DNA of 64,000 nucleotides from Bacillota bacterium (GTDB lineage Bacteria; Bacillota; Clostridia; Saccharofermentanales; DTU023): NCBI GenBank assembly GCA_023622515.1, contig JAMNZB010000065.1, positions 8,875 to 72,874 of the forward strand, read 5' to 3'. Shown piece by piece: positions 45,746 to 54,504 of this stretch (position 1 is its first letter; each line of letters starts with the position of its first letter). The notes under the pieces were generated by a model. It saw only the letters and a program-made list of their open reading frames with translations, ran no database searches and was not told where the DNA came from. The position numbers and the translations under genes were made by a program.

Positions 45746-46438
45746 ATGAACAAACACACACTAAGAATGCAGGATTTGCCTTTTGACGATCGACCCTATG
45801 AGAAGATGGCGATCCACGGCAGCAAACAACTGACTGATGCTGAACTTCTCGCCATAGTGATTGGCAGTGGTTATAAGGGGATGAGCGCCCTTGATCTTTC
45901 AAGGCGTATGCTCAAGGACCATGAGACCCTGGCCATGATTTCTGAATTAAGCCCTGAAGAGCTTCAAAAATATTCCGGGATCGGCCATGTTAAAGCATTA
46001 CGAATTCTAGCTGCTCTGGAAGTAGGGAGAAGGGCACAGTATACACAAACCAAAGTCTTAAATCCCAGTGTCCTGAGTTCAACAGATGCCATCAAGCTTA
46101 TGGAGGAGGAAATGCATTCTTTAAAACACGAGGAATTTCATCTTCTCCTCCTTAATGTACGAGGAAAGTTGATTCGAAAAGTTAAGCTATCCAGTGGTGG
46201 TTTAAATAATGCTGTTATCTATCCGAGAGATATTTTTCGGGAAGCCATCAAAGCAAATGCTGCAGCAGTTATCCTTTGTCATAACCACCCAAGTGGGGAC
46301 TCCACTCCCAGTGCGGCGGATATCGAGTCCACGAAAAGGATAGAAAAAATAGGGGAAAACATGGGTATACAGGTCCTTGACCATGTTATTATTGCTCGTA
46401 ACGGCTCTGTAAGTTTGCGGAACTTAGGTCTGATTTAA
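45746..46438 (+). CDS. radC: RadC-family (JAB/MPN) protein
   Basis: N-terminal HhH part (...LTDAELLAIVIGSG...), C-terminal JAMM motif ILCHNHPSGDSTPSAAD. Confidence 0.88.
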   Translation: MNKHTLRMQDLPFDDRPYEKMAIHGSKQLTDAELLAIVIGSGYKGMSALDLSRRMLKDHETLAMISELSPEELQKYSGIGHVKALRILAALEVGRRAQYTQTKVLNPSVLSSTDAIKLMEEEMHSLKHEEFHLLLLNVRGKLIRKVKLSSGGLNNAVIYPRDIFREAIKANAAAVILCHNHPSGDSTPSAADIESTKRIEKIGENMGIQVLDHVIIARNGSVSLRNLGLI

Positions 46439-46443
46439 GCAGC

Positions 46444-46472
46444 TTGTGAAGATGATATTCATGCGGTAGAAT
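46444..46472 (+). promoter_or_regulatory. Candidate promoter for mreCD-pbp2 (-35 TTGTGA, 17 nt, -10 TAGAAT)
   Basis: TTGTGA 46444-46449, TAGAAT 46467-46472. Confidence 0.45.
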
Positions 46473-46506
46473 GACGTATGTTTAAGGATAGGAGGCAGTG
46501 TGCACG

Positions 46507-47394
46507 ATGTCCAGAGATAAAAAAACACGCATATTGATTCTCGTACTGCTAAGTCTGGCTGTCCTGACCATAATGATTTTTTCGATTCTGCCGGAAAGTC
46601 CGACTAACACACTGTCAACCCCCCTCAGTGTCCTCTTGCGTCCTGTTGAGCATACCTTTAATACGATAGGCGGCACGTTCAAGACTTACTTTACTGCAGT
46701 GAAAACGAATCGGGAACTGCAAGCAGAAAATGATCAGCTTAAGAGTGATAATTTAGCCTTACGCCTAAAAATTAAAGATAATGAGCAGGCAGCGGAAGCC
46801 TATGCAAGCCTCAAGCAAGCTTTTGCTTTAAAAGATAAGTTCCCAGAGCGAAAATTTGTTGCGGCAAATATTTTACAAAGACCTTTGGAAAAAGAATATG
46901 AGTATTATCGCTTGGATGTCGGAACGGCGGACGGTATTGATTTTAGCCTCCAAAGCGGTTTTGCCGTTGTGGATGAAAACGCAAATATTATCGGTACTAT
47001 TGTGCGAGCAGACGGCATCAGCTCGAAGATGATTTCCTTAAATCATCAGGGCTTTTCTTGTACCGGTTTTGCAGAAAAAGATGCCGCCAATAGCTTTCTT
47101 GTGAAGGGGCAAGGACAGGCTCAAGAAAATTATTTGCTTGGTGTTGACATTTCCGAGGAGACCAATCTTGCCGTTGGTGATAAGGTATATAGTTCAGGGC
47201 GGGGAGGTATTTTCCCGGAGGGCCTGTTATGCGGCACCATTGTCTCTATTTCTTCCCCAAATGCCTTAGGCTTTCGAACTTGTGAAATAGAGGTTGCAAG
47301 TCAGCTTAAGGAGTTGAATGTTCTTTTTGTGCTTTTACCCAGTAATGAGTATGCTGTAGACAGCACAGCGGAAAGCGAAAATAGCTATGATTAA
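46507..47394 (+). CDS. mreC: Rod shape-determining protein MreC
   Basis: N-terminal TM, coiled-coil (LQAENDQLKSDNLALRLKIKDNE), beta-rich C-domain ending ...GIFPEGLLCGTIVSI; ATG 46507, 11 nt after AGGAGG (track: GTG 46498). Confidence 0.88.
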   Translation: MSRDKKTRILILVLLSLAVLTIMIFSILPESPTNTLSTPLSVLLRPVEHTFNTIGGTFKTYFTAVKTNRELQAENDQLKSDNLALRLKIKDNEQAAEAYASLKQAFALKDKFPERKFVAANILQRPLEKEYEYYRLDVGTADGIDFSLQSGFAVVDENANIIGTIVRADGISSKMISLNHQGFSCTGFAEKDAANSFLVKGQGQAQENYLLGVDISEETNLAVGDKVYSSGRGGIFPEGLLCGTIVSISSPNALGFRTCEIEVASQLKELNVLFVLLPSNEYAVDSTAESENSYD

Positions 47395-47950
47395 GAAGAG
47401 AATTAACGAAAGCCTGGTTTGGTTCGGTGCCTTTCTTGTCGGCATTCTGTGCATGATGTTACACCCCTTGCGCACGTATTTTGCTTTGCCTGTGACAGAT
47501 TTTCTTTTTGTTATTCAATTTTTCGCTTGCTATTTTTTTGGTGGCATTCGCGCTATTGTCATTTCATTATGTGCAGGTTTAATTAAAGATGTGCTTTATG
47601 GTGCAATTGTCGGACCAAGTATTCTTCTGAGTATTTTGATTCTTGCAGCATTTACCCTGATACATGACTTTTGGACAGAATATACAATAAAGAAAAGTTT
47701 TATTTATCTGTTAATCTTTTGGTTAGTACATAAAATATTAAAAAGTGTTATCTTTGCGCTTATTCCCTTTTTTGCTTTTGCCGGAGAAGAGTTTGCTGCA
47801 CTTCTTCGGATTAACCTGATAGAAGGAGTTCTTGCTATTCCCGGTATGGTGATAGCGCAAGTGGTGCTTCTCTTTTATTTTACGTTTACGTATCGGGATT
47901 TTGAGCAATTCAGGGCGAATGAAGCGATGGCGCAAATGTACATTGAATGA
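47387..47950 (+). CDS. mreD: Rod shape-determining protein MreD
   Basis: 187-aa polytopic membrane protein overlapping the mreC end and the pbp2 start; canonical position. Confidence 0.75.
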   Translation: MIKKRINESLVWFGAFLVGILCMMLHPLRTYFALPVTDFLFVIQFFACYFFGGIRAIVISLCAGLIKDVLYGAIVGPSILLSILILAAFTLIHDFWTEYTIKKSFIYLLIFWLVHKILKSVIFALIPFFAFAGEEFAALLRINLIEGVLAIPGMVIAQVVLLFYFTFTYRDFEQFRANEAMAQMYIE

Positions 47951-50253
47951 GCAGGCATTTTAGTAGAGGAAAGCTGATGGCCGGAAAAGAGCAAACAAGT
48001 AGAATACACCTGAATCGATATGCTGTTGTGGCAATTGTTATTATCCTTGCCTTATTGGCAATTTTACTAAAAACAATACAGGTACAGCTGCATGGCGGGG
48101 AGTCTGAGCCTGTCCATTTTACGCGTGGCATAGGACAGAGGATGACGATTCAGGCCCCGCGTGGTGATATTGTAGATCGTAATGGAGTAACATTAGCCTA
48201 TTCCGAATTACAGGATAATCTATATTTGGCTTATGCCGGTTTGAACCAACAGATGCTAAACAATGAGCTATTGCGCATAAGTACCCTCTTGCATGACCAT
48301 GGCGTTGAGCCGATTTCTAATTTGACCAAATATCTTGACTTATCCTCCATGACAAAGGAAGCCTATCCTAGCGAAGAAATGAGTTTTGTCTTTAAAAAGG
48401 ATCTGGATGAAATTTCACTTTGGCAACAAGATAAAGATTTGTTTAATTTAGCCAAGGAAACAAGTCATGTCCCGGAGAAAAACAAGGTGAAATTACAACC
48501 TGATGCCTTCTATAATTTTATGATTTTTGACTTCTTCGCCATTGAAAGTCGTTCAGCCCAGGGGAATCGTTTCTACAGTGCCCAAGAGGCCTGGGAGATT
48601 CTAAAGCTTCGTTATCAAATACTGGAGAACAATTGGAGTTTCATCCAAGGAGAACCTGTCCTTATTGCTCGAAACATACCTCAGGCTTTGCGCGATAAGA
48701 TAATGGAGCAAAGACACCACTACCCGGGTCTGCTTGTAAAGCAGGAGAGTACGCGAAGATATACGGAGGATAGCCGTTTCTTTTCTCATATTATAGGCTA
48801 TGTAGGGTCCATATCAGGGCCCGAGTATGAGAGTCTCAAAGACTATGGCTATCACATCAATGATGTAACCGGCAAGGCGGGTGTTGAATTTACTGCCGAG
48901 CGCTATCTCCATGGTGAAAATGGAAGTGCCCCCTACGGCAGCTGGCAAATGGGAGAAGAAGGCATGCTTTTTCTGGAAGGCGAGGGCGGCACGAATGCCG
49001 TGCCGGGCGGGACAGTCAGACTGAGTCAAGAGCTTTATATGCAAAAAGTACTGTATGCGAGTCTTTATGATACGCTTATGGAGGTTCGTGAAAAAGAACT
49101 TGGTGTAGGGACTTCTGCTGCCGCAGTAATGCTTGATTTAAATAACGGTCAAGTTCTTGCCATGGGAAGCATTCCATCTTTTCAATCAAGTGATTTTGCC
49201 AATGCTTCTGAGGATGTTGAGGCAGCAGAACGCGCCATTTCCGATTTGCAAGATACAGAGCATAAACCGATGCAAAACCGGACTATTAGTGAAATATATG
49301 CCCCGGCCTCGACCTTCAAGGGGATTACGGCCGGAGCAGCCATTGAAGAGGGAGTTATTACCCCGGAGCGGTCCTCTTATGAATGTAGGGGTAAGGAAAA
49401 TATAGGTTACAAAAATTGGGTTTGCTATGGTGAACCGGATCGTGGTCACGGTATGATTAACTTATCCGAAGCCCTAATGTATTCTTGTAATTTATACTTT
49501 TTTAAGATGGGGCTTGATACAGGCATTCATGCCATTTCCTCCCATGCAAAGGCTTTGGGGCTGGGTGAGTATTCCGGTATAGATTTGCCCGGGGAGGCCA
49601 AAGGGATTCGGCCCAGTCCGACTTTAAAGGCCCAAACCAGATTAACCCCCGGCGATCAGGAATGGTATCCTGCTGATACTTGTCAGACCAGTATCGGACA
49701 ATTTGATAATGCCTACACTATTTTGCAATTGGCAAGGGCTATTGGCGGTTCTGTAAGCAATCGTTTAGTGAGCCCTCATGTTATTTATGATATCCGCGAT
49801 GCCAAAGGCCGCTTAATTCGCTCAGAGCAAATTAGTACAAAAAATCTGGGTTTAAAAGAGGACACTGTACGCATGGTTCGTGAAGGTATGGGTCTACTTA
49901 AGTATTATGAAACTTCGCATCATACCTTTAGAAATTTTTCCGGCTATCCGATAAATGTGGGCGCAAAAACAGGTACGGCGGAAGTAGGCTTTGCAGATGG
50001 GTTCACCACGAATGCTTTGTTTGTTGCCTATGCCCCTTTGGAAGATCCCCAGGTAGCCATTGCTTGTATCGTAGAAGAAGGGGGGAAGGGGGATGTTTCC
50101 TCAAATATTGCCAGGGATTTATTGGATGCCTACTTCGGCTTGGAGGCAAGGCCTGAACTGGTTGAACGCTTAGAGCAAATGGAAATGAACCCGCAAGAGT
50201 TCTTGTTAATTCCGGAACGAGAATTGTGGGCGGAGAGGCAAAAAAAGGAATAA
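47947..50253 (+). CDS. mrdA: Penicillin-binding protein 2 (class B transpeptidase)
   Basis: N-terminal TM anchor; SxxK (ASTFK), SxN (YSCN), KTG (AKTGTAE) in order; follows mreCD; ATGA overlap with the mreD stop. Confidence 0.9.
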   Translation: MSRHFSRGKLMAGKEQTSRIHLNRYAVVAIVIILALLAILLKTIQVQLHGGESEPVHFTRGIGQRMTIQAPRGDIVDRNGVTLAYSELQDNLYLAYAGLNQQMLNNELLRISTLLHDHGVEPISNLTKYLDLSSMTKEAYPSEEMSFVFKKDLDEISLWQQDKDLFNLAKETSHVPEKNKVKLQPDAFYNFMIFDFFAIESRSAQGNRFYSAQEAWEILKLRYQILENNWSFIQGEPVLIARNIPQALRDKIMEQRHHYPGLLVKQESTRRYTEDSRFFSHIIGYVGSISGPEYESLKDYGYHINDVTGKAGVEFTAERYLHGENGSAPYGSWQMGEEGMLFLEGEGGTNAVPGGTVRLSQELYMQKVLYASLYDTLMEVREKELGVGTSAAAVMLDLNNGQVLAMGSIPSFQSSDFANASEDVEAAERAISDLQDTEHKPMQNRTISEIYAPASTFKGITAGAAIEEGVITPERSSYECRGKENIGYKNWVCYGEPDRGHGMINLSEALMYSCNLYFFKMGLDTGIHAISSHAKALGLGEYSGIDLPGEAKGIRPSPTLKAQTRLTPGDQEWYPADTCQTSIGQFDNAYTILQLARAIGGSVSNRLVSPHVIYDIRDAKGRLIRSEQISTKNLGLKEDTVRMVREGMGLLKYYETSHHTFRNFSGYPINVGAKTGTAEVGFADGFTTNALFVAYAPLEDPQVAIACIVEEGGKGDVSSNIARDLLDAYFGLEARPELVERLEQMEMNPQEFLLIPERELWAERQKKE

Positions 50254-50347
50254 AAACAGACCCGGAGGCAAATAAGCTCTTTGAGGAGATTGAAGAAAAC
50301 GATTTACCGATAGATGCCCCCTTATTGAATGATTTATATCATGAGCC

Positions 50348-50377
50348 TTGCTAATTATTCCCTGTTTAGCCTATAAT
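50348..50377 (+). promoter_or_regulatory. Candidate promoter (-35 TTGCTA, 18 nt, -10 TATAAT) for the MGS-like/MBL pair
   Basis: TTGCTA 50348-50353, TATAAT 50372-50377. Confidence 0.5.
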
Positions 50378-50412
50378 TTGACGGAAGCAAAAAGTTTTGG
50401 GGTGGGTTTTAA

Positions 50413-50799
50413 ATGAATATCGTTCTAATGGCAGATATGAGAAAATACGATTTATTAGTCAATTTTTGCATTGCTTACAAAGAAATGTTGAAGAGACATA
50501 GATTAACATCGTTATTTAATACTTCTCATTTAATTCGCCAGCACTCAGGCTTAGACATTAACACCATGGCTACGGATACGAATTCGAGCATTGAGCAATT
50601 AGCAGCGAGAGTAAACTACAATGAGATAGATGCCATTATCTATTTACGTGACCAAGATATAGAAAACTACAGTGGCCCCAACCCTTTGTTCAGAGCATGT
50701 GATAATAAAAACGTTCCCTATGCGAGTAATTTAGCGATGGCGGAAATCTTAATTTTAGCCATTGACCGCGGAGATCTTGATTGGAGAGAATTTATCTAA
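50413..50799 (+). CDS. Methylglyoxal synthase-like domain protein; catalytic/phosphate-binding residues apparently not conserved
   Basis: Collinear with MgsA over its full length (…VLMADMRKYDLLVNFCIAYKEML..H.L…IDAIIYLRD…VPYASNLAMAEILI) but AHDxxK->ADMRKY, GTTG->FNTS, GGDQ->NSSIEQ, PHEPD->SGPNP. Confidence 0.7.
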   Translation: MNIVLMADMRKYDLLVNFCIAYKEMLKRHRLTSLFNTSHLIRQHSGLDINTMATDTNSSIEQLAARVNYNEIDAIIYLRDQDIENYSGPNPLFRACDNKNVPYASNLAMAEILILAIDRGDLDWREFI

Positions 50800-51464
50800 T
50801 GAAAAAAGAGTTACATGAGCTTGTTACCCTGTTCCCAGAATCGTGGAAATTCTCAAACACCTACTATCTTGATATTGCCGGAGGGGTCATTGTTGATCCT
50901 GGCATGCCTAGAAAAGAGGGTTTTGATGCACCTGTTGCCAAGGTTTTTGCCACCCATGGACACTATGACCACTTGATGGGGATAGACTCTTGGCTGAATA
51001 CGGATAATACATTTTACTTCCCTGAGCAGGATGTGTGGATGCTTGAAGACCAAGAAGCGAATGCTTCCAAGATGTTTGCTAACGCCCGAAACTTTCCAAA
51101 GCCCCAGCGAGAGTTAAAAGATGGCGATACGATTCACTTGGATGAAAACTATTCTTTCAAAGTTTTTCATACGCCGGGACATACCCAAGGCTCTTCTTGC
51201 TTTTTGTTGCTTGAAAAGGAAGAGGGAAGGGAAAAGCCTCTTGCCTTCTTTTCCGGGGATACGGTCTTTGATAACAGTATCGGGCGCTCCGATTTAAGTG
51301 GCGGGGATCCCCAAACCATGCAAAAGACAGTGAAAGATCTTCAGGAGCTTTTCCATACACTTCCACAAGAACTTGTCGTTTTTACCGGACACGGCAGAGT
51401 AACAACCATCGAAAATATCTTTCGCTTCAATCCTTTCTTTCGTCGGGGTGGCCTAAGAATATAA
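50799..51464 (+). CDS. Metallo-beta-lactamase-fold hydrolase (glyoxalase II-like)
   Basis: HxHxDH motif (THGHYDH), later TPGHTQGS and D/H ligands; ATG overlaps the stop of the preceding gene (TAATG). Confidence 0.8.
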   Translation: MKKELHELVTLFPESWKFSNTYYLDIAGGVIVDPGMPRKEGFDAPVAKVFATHGHYDHLMGIDSWLNTDNTFYFPEQDVWMLEDQEANASKMFANARNFPKPQRELKDGDTIHLDENYSFKVFHTPGHTQGSSCFLLLEKEEGREKPLAFFSGDTVFDNSIGRSDLSGGDPQTMQKTVKDLQELFHTLPQELVVFTGHGRVTTIENIFRFNPFFRRGGLRI

Positions 51465-51553
51465 GGAATTGTAGGAGATTGTCCTATTTTGACCATATAG
51501 TGCAGGCATAAACCTTTTTATTTCGTGCAGACTCGAAATAAGGAGGTTTTTTT

Positions 51554-52015
51554 ATGGGTCAAAGTATCGAAGTTGCTATTGTTTTTACGCTAACTTGCCT
51601 CTTATGCTTTAGCCTTATTAGTTATGGTTTTTCCTTTCTAATAACCATAAACCGGGAGGCAGTCCACTTAGCAGAGGTTAACCATCAGCAGGTAGATGAT
51701 GCAAAGATATATGAACTAGCTCATGTTCAGAAGCTTTCTTGCAGGAAGACAGGAGGGAAAATAAAAGAGGAAAACATTCCCTATATTTCCACGAGCCCCT
51801 TGAAAATTGTTAAAACAATTCAGTTAGTGCAGGACATCTTTCATCTTGATGAACTGGCAAGAATTCGTTTGGAAGACTCGTGGAAATTGCCGCAGATTAA
51901 TCCGGCGGAGGGTTTGCCGAGATTACCCTATCCGGATAATTCGGCGGACCCCCTACCACAACTTCCTGTTCCGGACAGCCCTCTTCCAGCTTGGCCTATC
52001 TTTTCAGGAGGTTAA
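51554..52015 (+). CDS. Hypothetical membrane-anchored protein with Pro-rich C-terminal tail (cluster gene 1)
   Basis: AAGGAGG RBS; N-terminus MGQSIEVAIVFTLTCLLCFSLISYGFSFLI (G-x3-E + hydrophobic helix, TadE/pseudopilin-like); tail PQINPAEGLPRLPYPDNSADPLPQLPVPDSPLPAWP. Confidence 0.6.
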   Translation: MGQSIEVAIVFTLTCLLCFSLISYGFSFLITINREAVHLAEVNHQQVDDAKIYELAHVQKLSCRKTGGKIKEENIPYISTSPLKIVKTIQLVQDIFHLDELARIRLEDSWKLPQINPAEGLPRLPYPDNSADPLPQLPVPDSPLPAWPIFSGG

Positions 52016-52017
52016 CT

Positions 52018-53496
52018 ATGGATAAATATTTAGGTCATTTGAAAAAGAAAGAAGTTGCTGCAATAAGCCTGGTTTTTGCAATACTCATGCCCTTGTTTTT
52101 TTCTTTAATCTACATATCCTTTGCTTTCATAGAGCGTTGTGTGACTGAATACGATGTGGCCAGATTATTGAAAACTAGTGGAAAGATTATCCTATCTTCC
52201 TACTCCAGAGAGCTTTGGCATGAATACGGTTTACTCGCCGTAGCTGAAGAAGATATACAACTTGGGCTCATTTATGAAGAGATAGACAAGCTTTCCAATC
52301 GTATCTGTAAAACAATAGAATATGAACTGAAAGATCCGCTTTTACAGGCAGATATACTGGAACAACAAATCCTGGATTACATGAAAATCAGGGCCCCTGT
52401 TCTCTTGGCGGATGACTTTATGGAAAAAATCAGTTCGGCTGCTGCTGAACGAGAACTTCTTTTTGGCGGTAGTGCAAGTGAGGCCCTCAAGTATAGGTTG
52501 CAGACAAATAATGCTGATGAGAAGTATCTTGAGGGACAAGCCGGCCTCAAACTTCTTATGGAGAATCAGGAAAACCCGTTGGCGCAGCAAGATAGTGGAG
52601 ATGTCTCTTATTTAAACTTAAAGGAAGGGGAAGGCGAAAGTATAGAGACTGATATTGACTTTTCGGAAATTAAGCCTTTTTTAACCGGATTTACCAAGAA
52701 GATATTGCCGGTATATGAGGCCTTAGGGACGGAGGATATTTCTTCTGATGATGGGTATAGGCCGGCAAATTTGGGGAAGTTAACCGCCCGTATTGATAAT
52801 CTTTTGGACTTTAGTGTTCATCCGAGCTTAGAGTCCCTTTACCTTGGAGAATACGCCTTATTATATTTCCCCGCCTACATTAATATTGAAAGAAGAATGG
52901 ATGGAAACTATGAGTTGTTTACGCCCTCCGGCCTATCTCTACATGACTTAGCTGAAGAAAGAGCCTTGGAACTGGAACAGATTGTTTCCGGCTTGTCTGC
53001 TAAGAGAGCAGCCGAAAGATTTTGTGATTACCTCATTTTAGGCTTTCGCTTCGTACCGCAATACCTTAGTGCTTTCAAAAACACTTCTCTGCAAAATAAA
53101 TATCAAAGCTGGAGCGAAATTATCAGTCAGCTTATAGTCATCCTCAGCTTAGGTCAAATTACGATTCCTGCCGAGACTCTTTCCTATTTTGTACAGGCAG
53201 CTCATTGCCTCTACCTGGCACAAAAAGATCTCAACCACTTAAAGCAGGGCTACGGTTTGCCTTTCTGGCCGGAATATTCAGCTCAGGTATACGGTAATCC
53301 TGCAGCTTGGGGGAAAGTGCAATTTTTCTATAGGGATTATCTGCGTCTTTATATGTTAAGTAAACAGTCACATCAACTTGCCGAGTCGATGTTGCCTTTG
53401 ATTAAGAAAAATATAAATAAGTCGGTGTACACAAGAGCTCTTGTTTCGGCAGAGATTAACCAAGGGAGTTTGCAATATGAATTTGATTACGAATAG
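52018..53496 (+). CDS. Hypothetical 492-aa N-terminally anchored protein (cluster gene 2; TadG-like leader)
   Basis: GGAGG 6 nt before ATG 52018, 2 nt after the gene-1 stop; N-terminus ...KKKEVAAISLVFAILMPLFFSLIYISFAF; large soluble remainder with no motif I recognise. Confidence 0.6.
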   Translation: MDKYLGHLKKKEVAAISLVFAILMPLFFSLIYISFAFIERCVTEYDVARLLKTSGKIILSSYSRELWHEYGLLAVAEEDIQLGLIYEEIDKLSNRICKTIEYELKDPLLQADILEQQILDYMKIRAPVLLADDFMEKISSAAAERELLFGGSASEALKYRLQTNNADEKYLEGQAGLKLLMENQENPLAQQDSGDVSYLNLKEGEGESIETDIDFSEIKPFLTGFTKKILPVYEALGTEDISSDDGYRPANLGKLTARIDNLLDFSVHPSLESLYLGEYALLYFPAYINIERRMDGNYELFTPSGLSLHDLAEERALELEQIVSGLSAKRAAERFCDYLILGFRFVPQYLSAFKNTSLQNKYQSWSEIISQLIVILSLGQITIPAETLSYFVQAAHCLYLAQKDLNHLKQGYGLPFWPEYSAQVYGNPAAWGKVQFFYRDYLRLYMLSKQSHQLAESMLPLIKKNINKSVYTRALVSAEINQGSLQYEFDYE

Positions 53497-54457
53497 GCGC
53501 TATCGAGCCGGAGTTGCCCTTGAAACCAGCCTTATTCTTTTTCCTGTTATCCTCATTTTGACGACTTTTTTAATTTTGTTTTATGCAAAACTGATGGCTT
53601 TAAATATACGTTTTGCCCTCGAAAATACCGCTGAAGAAATGGGCGCCATGATACCCCTTGCTGATCTTGTCCTTGAACTTACAGGAAGTGAAAAAGAATC
53701 TATTCTGGAAGGAGTCCTCCAAAAAATACCGAACAGGGACTTGCAGGAATTAGCCAGGGAGTATGTAAGCTCTTTACTTATTGGGCCGATTGTAGAAAAG
53801 AGAGTCGACTACTGGCTCTCTTTGAAAAGACAAGGCGGTGGAGTTCCTATAGCCAAGCATAATCGTCAAATACTGCTATCTTGGGATAAAGATTCTACTG
53901 TGCTTAAGTTAAGCATGTTTGTATATTTCGATACGCTATTTGGCGAGTATACAGAAGAATTCTCCAGCTTCATACCAATTTGGTCAAAAGAATTTTCACC
54001 ACAGTCGACAGAGGAGGGTGAGCAAGAAAAGGAAGACAGTGATATCTGGTCACAAGACAATTTTACAAGAGGAAGATATTTTCGTGAAAAAGAGGGGGCA
54101 AACTTACCCTTGAATTATCCGGTTATTGCTTTTTACTCGCAGGGTGTAGCAAAAAGTATACGAAGTGTTGATTTAACTGCTCCTTCCTATTCCTCGCCGG
54201 AGGCTCTTTCCAAGTTGCTTAATGGAGATTTCAGGCGTTTGGCGGAATTTAATCATTATTCCAGTCACAGTGATGCTTTTCCCGACATTAATCCGGGCGA
54301 TATCCGGGAAAAACAATTTATTCTGGTTGTTCCGAAAAATATGCCTGAAAAGTATAACAGTCAATATTTTTCCGGACTTCGCCAAGAGGCAGAAAACTAT
54401 GATATTTCCCTAATTGTGAGAAGGCGAGGGGAGAGCCGCCGCTATGGAAATGATTAA
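53477..54457 (+). CDS. Hypothetical 326-aa N-terminally anchored protein (cluster gene 3; TadE-like leader)
   Basis: AGGGAG RBS, ATG 53477 overlapping gene 2 by 20 nt; N-terminus NRRYRAGVALETSLILFPVILILTTFLILF resembles the TadE-family G-x-x-x-E..L..P signature. Confidence 0.6.
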   Translation: MNLITNRRYRAGVALETSLILFPVILILTTFLILFYAKLMALNIRFALENTAEEMGAMIPLADLVLELTGSEKESILEGVLQKIPNRDLQELAREYVSSLLIGPIVEKRVDYWLSLKRQGGGVPIAKHNRQILLSWDKDSTVLKLSMFVYFDTLFGEYTEEFSSFIPIWSKEFSPQSTEEGEQEKEDSDIWSQDNFTRGRYFREKEGANLPLNYPVIAFYSQGVAKSIRSVDLTAPSYSSPEALSKLLNGDFRRLAEFNHYSSHSDAFPDINPGDIREKQFILVVPKNMPEKYNSQYFSGLRQEAENYDISLIVRRRGESRRYGND

Positions 54458-54504
54458 GACTTTGCGCTATGATGAACGAAGTCTAAGGTAAAGGATTATA
54501 TGCC

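Noticed and set aside
50229-50352. Acidic peptide-like reading frame (…TDPEANKLFEEIEENDLPIDAPLLNDLYHEPC*) just after the PBP2 stop, next to an A7 run; possible frameshifted C-terminal extension or small gene
   Set aside because: It has no start codon or RBS, and it would need a frameshift in the A-run that I cannot justify. PBP2 is already complete through its KTG region. Noted only as something to re-check in read data.
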